Origin: Paraspadella gotoi
Lineage: Eukaryota; Animalia; Chaetognatha
Direction of reading: 5' to 3'
NCBI GenBank assembly: GCA_051294375.1
Contig: CM119265.1
Coordinates: 10,743,042 to 10,807,041 of the forward strand
DNA length: 64,000 bases
Shown: positions 50,701 to 60,691 of the stretch, piece by piece
How the letters are laid out: each line of letters opens with the position of its first letter
Numbering within the stretch: position 1 is the first letter of the stretch
Translations under genes and position numbers: made by a program
The notes under the pieces: model-generated
The model's database searches: none
Told to the model about the DNA's origin: nothing
The model's input: only the letters and a program-made list of their open reading frames with translations

Positions 50701-53700
50701 ATGTTAACGCTACAATAAGCGACATAAACGGTTTCTTATATAATAGTTTCTACTACAGAAAATAAAAAAGTGAAAAATATTGACCATTTTTATAAATTTT
50801 GACACTGAAGACATGGGAATTTTTGTTTTAGTGAAAAAAAAAAACGTTTTTTTTTATGTTAATAAAAAATTGTTGTTTCTGCCAATAAAAACTTTCGTTT
50901 TTTCACTAAATCTAAAAATACAACGAAAAGAAAGATAACTTTTTATGAAAAATCTGAATCTTAAATAAAAATTTCAAAACAATTATTTTAATTTTTTTTT
51001 ATTTTATAAGGATATACTATATATATATATATATACTATAAATATATTATATTTTGCTTTTCTGTTCGCGAAACAATATTTAAAAAATACTTTTTGTGTT
51101 CAATAATTATACCATCTCGCATAAAATTATTATTGTTAATTGACTCAAATCAAATTTTTGTTCTCAAGTTCTCAATGGACAATTGGACATGTTTCGGCTT
51201 TAGTTCAAGCCTTCATCAGCGCTTTTGGAAGTTGTTTTTATTTTAATTTAAATTTGTTTACCTGTTGTTTTTATAAACTTGTTGAGATATCCTTCCTTAA
51301 TGACTGATTTTCGCGTTAAGCTCTCTTTGATCGGAGGCATTGTGGGACTGTGATATTTTCGATTAAAAATTATTAATTCAATTAACTAAAAAAAATATGG
51401 GTGCAACTAGATTTCAAGAAAATTAGTTACCATGAAGGCAAATCTAACGAACATATTGAAGGAACTGAATCAGATCTTGAAAAAAATCGAGTTAAACTTA
51501 AAGTCACCAGTGGCTACATTTAAATCACTTTCAAGGGCTTAAACTGAACTGTTACTGTGGCACTAATATCATTTTTTAAATCAAAATAATATTATTTTTG
51601 TTTCAAAGTATGATATATGATTAGAATGATTTTATCAAAACATAGAATAAGAAATAGAATAAAATAAAATAGAATAAGAAAAAAATATAAATATAAAAAA
51701 TATAAAAAAATAATTATTAAAAGACTTAAGATAATAAAAGTTTACAAAAACATTTGCTACTTTGTTGAATAGCAGGTGCAAGTGAAGATCTAGTGGGTGC
51801 AGCTAAAATTTATTTTAAATGTTCCTTCGTCTTACAAAAAGCTTCCTTTTTTGTAGAGCCCCCTAGTAGAATGTGGTGAAAAAAAATATTAAAACCTCTG
51901 GTGGATGTACTTAAATTAAATTTTAATACTATATTGTTTTTAAAAATTGTACAGTCAACTTGTTTATTAAGACTAAAAAATAGAAAAAATTGCTATTTTG
52001 TATAAAGCAATGCAAGTGAAGATCTAGTGGGTGCAAAAAGAAGAGCAAATTTCTATAGAAAGTAAAAAAATGCTCATAGTAGAGAAAGTGAGAGACAAAT
52101 CCTAGTAGGAGAAAAGAAAAGTTAAGTAACCGAAACCAAAAAAAATTAAAAAAAAAAGAAAAAAGGAAAAAAATTGTACAATTCGGGGGGTAAGTTAATC
52201 TAAATTGTTTTACAATAATCTATACGTAATTTTTCAATTAATATTTTATGGTATCTACCCTGAATAGCCGCTGTCGACGCTTCCCGTTGATTTTCCTAAC
52301 AAAATAAAAAAGTTGACTTTATATTTGTAATGAGAAGAGAATAAACCAATAAATTTAAATTGACTCCGAACTTCGAAGTGAGATTCTTGCAGGGGCCCGA
52401 GGTTCAAGCCCACCTCGTTACGATCCCTGCATACTGCAGTGCACCGGTGTGACGGGCCTTTTGGCGGCCTGCCAGCGAGCCTTTCGCGGGATCAAAACTT
52501 CCGGGATGAAAGTTATCTTCCGGACACACTAGGTCGGGGCAAACCACCAAGTAAAAAACTGAAAGAGGACTAGTTGGCTCCTCTTTTCTCGGACACTTGA
52601 ATATTGATATAATCTTTCTTTGTTTTTAAGTCGGATCTGCTTATCAGCAGATTCCGACTCTATAATTCACTTTGTTGGTCCGTCGGGCCACCCTCTAAAT
52701 CCTGTCGGTAAATAATTATTATATCAGAATATTGAAGTATGATAAAATATGCAAAAAAAATGATGTCCATCCGTCCCCCTTAGCATTAAACTCCAATTAC
52801 TCGTGATTGGATGGATGGATTGGAATGAAATATTGTGTGTGGGTAGGAAAGTGTGTTATTAAGCAGGATATAAAGTTTTGATGGAATCGTGCAAGTGAAA
52901 ATAAGTTTAAATGGAAAAAACAAAACTCATATTAACGAGAAGCATTTTACTTATATTTACTAATAATTATTATGTTTACAAAAAAGTGGATAGATAAATT
53001 GAAATAAAATTTTGTGTGTGGGTAGGAAAATAGGAGATTAAGCTGGATATAAGTTTTTGATAGAATCGTAGGAGTAGAAAAAAGTTTAAAACAGAAAACC
53101 AAAAGACACATTTATATAAATTTTTAAAAATTTCTCTCTATCTCTCTCTGAGTGATTGATTGATTGATTAACCAAATTATGTCAGATGACCAAATTATGC
53201 TAGTTGAACAAATTACATCAATTGACCAAATTATTATGCAAGTGGACCAAATTTTGCCAGTTGACCAAATTTTGCCAGTTGACCAAATTATGCTATTTAC
53301 CAAATTATGCCAGTTGACCAAATTATACCAGTTGACCAAATTATGCCAGTTGACCAAATTATATCAGTTGACCAAATTATGCCAGTTGACAAAATTATCC
53401 CAGTTGACCATATTATGCCAATTGTCCAGATTATGCACAGCTACTGGTAATGATTGATAGATCAATTGATTTATATATTTTTTCATAGATTTATTAAGAT
53501 GTCTCTTATGATTTGTCATAATCACAACTTGAAAGTCAGAAAAATTATCATGATTTATCATAGGATTAGGTTATTACCGCTTAATTATCGTAGGCAGATC
53601 CGACATTGTTTGCTCAAACTTGTTTTCTTTTCACTAACTCGGTCTGGGTTTTTCCGCTGCCATCGATGTCAACGTCGAAGGTGGGGGTGGCGGACGCGTC

Positions 53701-55542
53701 GACATGGCGCGAGCTGGGGTCGGTGCGTCTTCTCCAGCTTTCGCGTTGGGTTTTAAAATAAAATGTGTCAAAATAAAATAATTATAAGAAGATAGCTATT
53801 TAGCAATTTAGAAAAAATGATAATTATGATAAATTGATAATACTACGTACATGTCGTACATGGGTTACCTTGGTCTAGTCTCCGTATAGAAATTTTGTAT
53901 GGTGTATATTATTAATTTCGTACCCTTTTCATGAGTTAAAAACGCACTTCCGTCGTCGTATATGTCGTCTCTCTCTTTATTTTCGAACGAGGTACCCCGA
54001 GGTGGCGGCGTGATTACGGATAAGGAGACTGCTGAACAGTTTGGTTGGTAAAAAAAAGCATAGAAACAATGATAATAACTTGTCTTTCATTTAGCATTAC
54101 CCGCGTCGTCGTATTGGCCATCATTTTCCGCTGAGGCGGATGTTTCTTCTCTCGTCGGTTTTAAATTCAGAGATTCAAAGGAGTCCTGAGATTGGGCACG
54201 CGGTGGTGGAAGCTTCGGTGGAGAAACTAGTTGATGAATTAAACGATTATCCAGGAAAACGTCAGATTTTTAAAATCTTTTACTAATTTAGAAACTCCCA
54301 ACTTATTTTGGTTTAAAATCTACATTTATAATTTTATTGCTTGACGGTTATGCAGCACCTGCTCCAATGTTTCGATTTGAAGGTTTGTCGTAAACGTTTT
54401 CATCTGTCGATGATATTGAAGTACTGCTTTCAATTTTCTTTGCAGTCAATCGGAAAGGCACACTGTCGTAATTTGACTCTTGGGAAGTATCTGGAAACAT
54501 TTCCGCGGAACCAATACGTTTCCAAGACTTCGTTTTATTTCTATCGTCGCGCATGAGTGTCCTTATTTTTCTTTCTTGCGTGGACTGTCCTTCGGAACCC
54601 GGCATCAGAGCAGCGGAATCCCTGGGATTTCGGTCGGTGGGAGGAACGTCATAATCGCTCTTCTTTGTTCCCTGTTTTATCCTCTTGGGAATGTCGTAAT
54701 GAGCGTTGCGCGAAACATTGTGAGGACCATCTGACGAACATGAGACCAACGTGACTTGCTTGCCTTATATATATATACACCATATATATAATTATATATA
54801 TATATTATATATATTTATATATATACACCATATACATTATAGGCCGGAACAGGTTGAAAACTAAAAGTTCTCTCAAATATATAATGGTTAAGTGACTGTT
54901 AGAGATAATGAAAATGATAATAATTTTTAAAATTTATCTTATTAATTAGCGCACGGAAGCATTTAAAGATTATTTTATTACTTTATAAAGTTTAATTTTT
55001 CATTTTTTTTAAATAGATTCTGATAGAGCCTAAGTTAGATAAAGGTTATTAATACAATTTTTTAAAAATGTTTTGTTTTATTGATGAAAATTTTAAAAAA
55101 CCTTTAAATTCAGCTAATGATGATGATGATTATGATTTTTTAAAGTTTTTTCTATTTTTAACCAATTTATTGTCAAAATTTGAAAAAATTGTAGTACTAA
55201 CCTTCATTTAACTTTTGAAGCTCTATAGGAATCCGTTCTTAAAAAATATAATTTTTAAAAAAAATTTATTTGTTATATATTAATAAATATTTAAAAGCTT
55301 CAGTTCAACAACCCAATGAACTAATTCAAAAAGTTACATTGAAAATCGATTTAGTAATAGAAGGAAAAAAGGAATTTTTTTGAGAGAACTAAAAGTTATA
55401 AAAAGTGTACAATTTTGTATACACCATATTAATTAGATTTTTAAAGGCAAAGAAGATAACTACCTTCGCCCATGGTCCCTGGCGTGTTTTCTTTCGATAA
55501 GGCGTCGCGACGTACACCCATTATATCCTCTTCCTCGCTCAT
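38438..55542 (-). CDS. ARAP: ARAP/centaurin-delta-like gene, copy B (multi-exon; Tyr/Pro-rich N-terminus, PH-PH-ArfGAP-ANK-PH-PH-RhoGAP-RA-PH)
   Basis: ATG 55542. Exons 55542-55464, 54763-54359, 54226-54101, 54031-53948, several micro-exons, PH1 ~51349-49491 (VIKEGYLNK, KRRWVRV), PH2 49316-48774, ArfGAP ~48693-48113 (CADC-x16-CMDCSSDHR), ANK 48048-47806, PH3 47488-47272 and ~42100-42031, PH4 41800-41329, RhoGAP 41231-40440, RA 39554-39324, PH5 39147-38438 (FQWMASFLHLKHDG). Stop TAA 38440-38438. Confidence 0.9.
39809..39851 (-). ncRNA. Minimal type-I hammerhead ribozyme (Penelope-type)
   Basis: AACG-CTGATGA-A-GGCTT-GAACAA-GAGCC-GAAA-CATG-TC^TGTT: intact core, stems I and II pair, palindromic CATG loop III. 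Confidence 0.8.
42480..43483 (-). mobile_element. HINE/DINE-1-like element interrupted by a hammerhead-bearing repeat
   Basis: 5' subTIR hairpin at 43453-43483. The body resumes at ~42900 after an insert. Confidence 0.65.
43241..43281 (+). ncRNA. Minimal type-I hammerhead ribozyme
   Basis: GCA-CTGATGA-A-GGCTT-GAATGT-AAGCC-GAAA-CTTG-TC^TGT, downstream of a (CT)n tract. Confidence 0.75.
43537..43725. repeat. ~22-bp minisatellite (ATTGATGCGATGATAACCAAAT and variants)
   Basis: About 8 degenerate tandem units. Confidence 0.8.
44325..44478 (+). mobile_element. Deleted remnant of the 8284-type LTR (tRNA-like head, LTR end and PBS; ribozyme core missing)
   Basis: TAGCGCCAGAGGTAGCACG..CTCCAAA..GGGTTCG..TGCTGATTCACACA and CATCGTCTTTTACA-TTGGTGAGTC match 8350-8410 and 8505-8537. 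Confidence 0.65.
45066..45859. mobile_element. Rearranged HINE/DINE-1-like pieces in both orientations
   Basis: 3' end at 45708-45740 (+) abuts a 5' end at 45745-45859 (-). Confidence 0.65.
46289..46882 (+). mobile_element. Tc1-derived MITE-like element (diverged relative of 26090-26703)
   Basis: TA-flanked TIRs; remnant ESMLR.MQAIVNAKGRYTKY*. Confidence 0.8.
50145..50592 (+). mobile_element. Tc1-derived MITE-like element, 5'-truncated
   Basis: SMPR.MKAVVDAEGRHTKY* remnant; right TIR ...TTCCTAGATAG followed by TA. Confidence 0.75.
51186..51222 (-). ncRNA. Minimal type-I hammerhead ribozyme motif (isolated, in an ARAP-B intron, sense strand)
   Basis: CTGATGA-A-GGCTT-GAACTA-AAGCC-GAAA-CATG-TC; stem I weak. 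Confidence 0.7.
52629..53624 (+). mobile_element. HINE/DINE-1-like element, complete, with 18-bp satellite array (~53165-53435)
   Basis: Both subTIRs, 5' hairpin, microsatellite, 3' hairpin, T-rich ends. Confidence 0.8.
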
Positions 55543-57104
55543 TTTCGACGGCGAAAATTTTTTTTAAAACAATTTTTAGGCTTTCAAATAAACCTACATA
55601 GTTGAAACTGTGAACCAGCTGAAAAACCACATTATTTAAAATGTTAATTACCAGTCAGTCTGGTCTGGAAATTTGATGACGAAAGGTTTTACTCCTGAGA
55701 ATGGCTTCCCGGGATTAGTAAACCGCCCGGTTTGAGGTATTCTTTTAATTCTTTTTTAGGGTGGCTCAGTAACAGAGATAAAATATAAAAGGGTGTTTCC
55801 TCATAAGGGGTATAATATAATATAAAAAAATATACTAGTAAAGTAGCTGTGATTTTAGTCATGGTTGATATCATTTGACAATGGGTGATAAAAATTAAAC
55901 TTATAAAAACTTTGGCATTCAAATTATTTTCTGGGTAAATTATGCTAATTTAATTATATGGTTTACTTGTAAACATTTTATTTTTTTTTCTTTTTCGTTT
56001 ACTTGTAATATAATTTTCTTCGTCTAAATTTTTCCTTGCATTTCACCTCAATTTCCTCCTTGTTTAAAACCGTTGTATAAGGTAAAAAGTTTAATATTCT
56101 TTTCATTGTTCAATGTATGTTCATTAGCGTGGAGCACAGGGGAACATAAATTTTATTTGAGTGAACAAACAAGGATATTTAGACATAAGATAGTATGATT
56201 ATTAATTAAGGTATATAAAAATATTTTTTTTAACACTATCATTAATTATAATATATTTATAGTAATATCCTTACAAAATAATAAATTTTCAAAATATTTT
56301 TTAAAAAAATTTATTAAAGATTTTGATTCTTCATAAAAAGTTAGATCAAAAATAAGTTATTAGATGTAATAAGCAAAATAATTTAAAAAAAATAATATAT
56401 ATAATTAAATATTAAAGTTTAAATAGTAAAACATTCATAAAATATAAAATATAAAACAAGTAATTTTGAAAATTTTTTTAAAATATGTTATTAAAAAATT
56501 AAATGTTTTCAGCATAAAAAATAGAAAAAAAGGTCAAAATTCTTTACTTTTTCACGCTCTGTAATCAAATCTATTATATGGTAATGTGGCGGTATATTCA
56601 CACTGCCTCACATCCACCATCGTTTAACCAAATCTATTGGCTCAATATTTTCATCACTCCACCCTATAAAAACCTTTCTGATTTATTTCTTTGTATAGAT
56701 CTAACATACCGCATATATGTCTTTTTTGTTGAATTTATCTCGTCAAACGGTCTATCCTCTTACTTTCTTCAATTTTTTTCTGGATTTAATCAACCTATTT
56801 GTAAAATAGACCCCGTTTGATTTTCCGGTTTTTTCCCGTTTGGGAATGAGCGTACGTTTTTTCTCAAAGATGTTGTCAGTGCAAAACTAATTTGTGTGTA
56901 ATTAAAAGTACCTTCTAACACAACGATGTTGTATAATAGGAGTTCCATTATTTTTTGTCACTTTAAGAGGAAAGGTCATTTAACTTAACAATACCCTAAA
57001 ATCGCCAAATAGCGACTTAGCCATGACGCCCTCGCCATTTGGCGATTTAGCTGTGAACTACATCTAGCGTCCTTGTTATGGCGATTTCGCCTAAACAAAT
57101 CAGA

Positions 57105-57540
57105 TAAGGGTTAGGGTTGAAATTGTTTAGGGTTAGGGTTGAGTTGGTAGTAGTTAGGGTTAGGGTTGAGTAATTTAGGGTTAGGGTTGAGTAGTTTAGG
57201 GTGGAGTTAATTTTATTTTAGGCTTAATGTTAATGTTAATTTTAGGGTTAGGGGTAGGGAGGGTGTTGTTGATGAACAGGAGGCCCGTGTTAGGGTTAGG
57301 GAAGGTACTGGCGAGGGACATTAGGGATTAGGGTTGAGGCACGGAGATGTACGGAAGGCCTGGGCTCGGTTTAGGGTTGGGAGAGAGGCCCGTGGGTAAT
57401 AAATCGAAGGCGATTAGGGTTAGGGTTGAGGTACGGAGATGTACGGGAGGCCGAGCCTGGGTTAGGGTTAGGGGAGAGGTATGGAGTTGAACAGGAGGCT
57501 CGGTTTAGGGTTAGGGTTGGGGGAGGGGCCCGTGGTTGAT
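57105..57540. repeat. Degenerate TTAGGG-containing repeat (interstitial telomere-like)
   Basis: Many TTAGGG/TTAGGGTTGAG units interleaved with GC-rich spacers. Confidence 0.75.
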
Positions 57541-58679
57541 GCATCAAAGGCGGATACAAGTTGAAGTTTAAAAATGTTTCTCTATTACATTTTTCTAATT
57601 CACTAATAAAAAATTCAAAAAATATCAGATGGATTGGCCTTTTCGTTTGACCTGAAACTCTTCAGATAGGTTTCTTTTATTTTATATTATAATTAAAACC
57701 GATATAAAATGGGGTAGAATGCATCAAATGTTTAAAGTGAATACATTTTTGGAATCGTCAGAAGCTCAGCTTATTGAATCTGTACTTCTTTTTTGGCTTA
57801 TTTTCAAGTTGATTTGAATGACCCTTTTTCTTTAAGGAAGAAGTGTTTTTTTTTTCTTTTTAATATTTTCATTAATTTTCAAATATAAATCGTTTTTCTG
57901 CACTTTTCGTCACTAACTTTATGGATGTAGAATGAGTATGCGAGAAGTGAAACAGTAGCATATAATCAACGATTATCTAGTTGTATCTTGGAACATGGAC
58001 GAGAAATCCTTGCCGGTCTGCCGTTTTAATCCGGTTTTTTTTTATTATTATTATTATCTTGTTATGTTTGGAGGTTCAAAAAGATTTATATTTTAATATT
58101 AATCGTCAGTTTCACTGTCTTGCGTCGAATGGTAAAATTGTAAAGATTTTCTGCCAAGCTTCTTATAACATTAAAACAGAGAATTTGAATCAATTATGAA
58201 CTTTATTTCATATTAAAGCTAAAAGAGGTAAGCAAATCAAAAACAATTGTAAAAGAAAACTATAAACAGACGTATAAAAAATTTTACACAAATATAATTA
58301 ACCGAATTGAGAAAATGAGATTTATGGTTTGTAAATAATTTTCATAAAATGATACATAATATGCATACATACATACACAATATCCAAAACAAGACAACAA
58401 CTGTTATTAACTCGCAACAATATCAATTCTTAATATATTTTGAATTTCGGTTTTGCAATAAAGAGGCCCATCGCTTTGTATTTTCAAATACAATGAATGG
58501 ATTTGAGCACAAAATCGAAACATTGATTGAATATGGAGATTAGTGTAGATTTCTGAAGTAACAAAAAAAATCTTAAAAGCATAAGGATCGTCGCAATTGC
58601 ATAAGAAAAATCTGGATTGACGACAAATTTTGATAATAAAAAAAATAAAATTTGAAAAAAAAAATTAATTTCTAAACAG

Positions 58680-58810
58680 AAAGAAAAAGAAGAAAAGAAT
58701 AAATAAAGAATAGAAAGGAAAGAAAGAAAAGAAAGGAAAGAAAGAATAGAAAGGAAAGAAAGAATAGAAAGGAAAGAAAGAATAGAAAGGAAAGAAAGAA
58801 TAGAAAGGGG
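58680..58810. repeat. Purine-rich minisatellite (AATAGAAAGGAAAGAAAG)n
   Basis: Direct inspection. Confidence 0.85.
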
Positions 58811-59241
58811 AAAAAAAGAAAATTAATTTATAAACAGAAAGAAAAATTCTATTTTGCGATTGTCAATTTACAGTTACAGTTTCTGAAAAAAAAGAAAAAA
58901 AAAACTTTTTCATTGTCAAAAGAATAAATATAAAACAGTAAAATAACTTATTTTCGAGTTTAATTTTTAGCAAGTGCTAAGACTGGAGTAACATTATTGA
59001 AGGTACTTTTGTTTTACTTTAAGTACGCATAAGCGAGCAGTTTGATCGAATGCGACCTCTCTAAACACTGTCAGCATTCTCAGACAAAAGACAAAGTGAA
59101 ACTTGAATCAGACTGACGAAGTGAATTAAAGACTAAAGTGAAATAAAAACCCGATGTAACTATAGCAAAATGATAACATGCACGAATGCGATGCTTAATT
59201 TTATGAGTTCAATCCCAATTCAAATTTTTTTTAAAATAAAA

Positions 59242-59286
<45 letters not shown>

Positions 59287-60008
59287 AAAGAAATCAAATG
59301 GCAGTAGCAAAAGCAGAAGGAGAAAAGAGAGAAAAAGAGAGAGCCCCTGCAGAGCCAGCTGCAGACTCAAAAGGCAGCAGCAAAAGCAGCAGGAGAAAAT
59401 AGAGAAAAAGAATTAGCCCCTGCAGAGCCAGCTGCAGACTCTTTTTTTTTCCCTATGATTATGAATCAGTGAATAAAGAAAAGAGAGAGGGAGAGAGACA
59501 TGTACTTAAAAGAAAAAAGAGAGAGAGAGAGAGAAATATGAAAATAAAACAGAGAAAATTTGTTTGTTTTGATAAAACGTAAACAGAACATATTTAATAA
59601 CTGGCCAGACTCAATTTTAAGCACATCGATGATGAGAAGCTGTATATAAATTTTCAGCTTCATAAACCCAAATTTAATCATAAAAAAGGTGATCTATAAT
59701 TTGGAACGCCGACGACGACGACGACGACGCCGACGCCACTTATGCGCAAAAGTGTTACAATATAAAAAGATAAAAAGAATATTGACCGTTGTTTTTTCTA
59801 GTTATTAAAACTTATTAACTCTTTTTTTCTGTTACTCGAAAAATTTTTTTCTAATATTGTGCCTCCCTAAGCTTATGCATGTGGAAGCCAAACGCCTTGC
59901 CAATGGATCAGCATATTGTCTTCCACATGAAAATTATATTTCTTAATTAATAAATTTACGAATAATGAATTTTTTATTAATTAAAGACAAAAGATAAAAT
60001 CATTGTAC

Positions 60009-60496
60009 CTCATGTGAAGAATTCTTTCGAAGACGGACTTATCCTTTGCCGCTTCTTCCGCGGTCACATTAAAGAGTCTCTCTCGATGCAACAATAAAAA
60101 CAGGAGGATATCTCGTTGCTCCGAGCAACGACTTGGATCTCCGCCCATCAAGATCGGCCCCATGATGGTGCAGAGGTTGTCCAAACTCTGGGAGGCGATA
60201 GAAGTGAAAGGAGCAAAATGACAAGAAAGGTCATTATCGTTAGCATTTAGTCCATTTGTGATTTAGTGATAGAATTCGTTTTCTGAGCACTTACCATTAA
60301 ATTGACATCTTCCTTTGAGGCAATTCTGGCGAAATGTAACAACAGTGCATTCAGCGTCATGTAATTGACGAGCGGAAGTTTTTGCAATAAATTCTTGACG
60401 CCACGAAAAGTTATTTTGCTGTTCTTTTTACCGGAACTCGTCAGTGTTACCCATTCATCGAACTTCAAAAGTGCCTCTGGTAATTGACCGAGGAAC
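60009..60496 (-). CDS. ARAP: ARAP-like copy C, RhoGAP C-terminal exons (60496-60295, 60187-60009)
   Basis: FLGQLPEALL...LPLVNYMTLNALLLHFARIASKEDVNLM / SLDNLCTIMGPILMG...HRERLF..AAKDK. Same intron positions as copies A and B. Confidence 0.8.
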
Positions 60497-60691
60497 CTTT
60501 TGTGTATGAATGAAGATGTTGTATGGAAAATCATCATCTTTGGCATAATTTTACTTTCGCCGATCGGGGTTTGGGGTGGTTTAGCGGTGGGTTAGGGTAA
60601 TTAGGAAATAATTTTTAAAATTTAAAAAAAAATACAGATCTGGTAAAAAAATGTTTAATAGTTATGGTAAAAGCTTTTTATTTCGTTTTAT

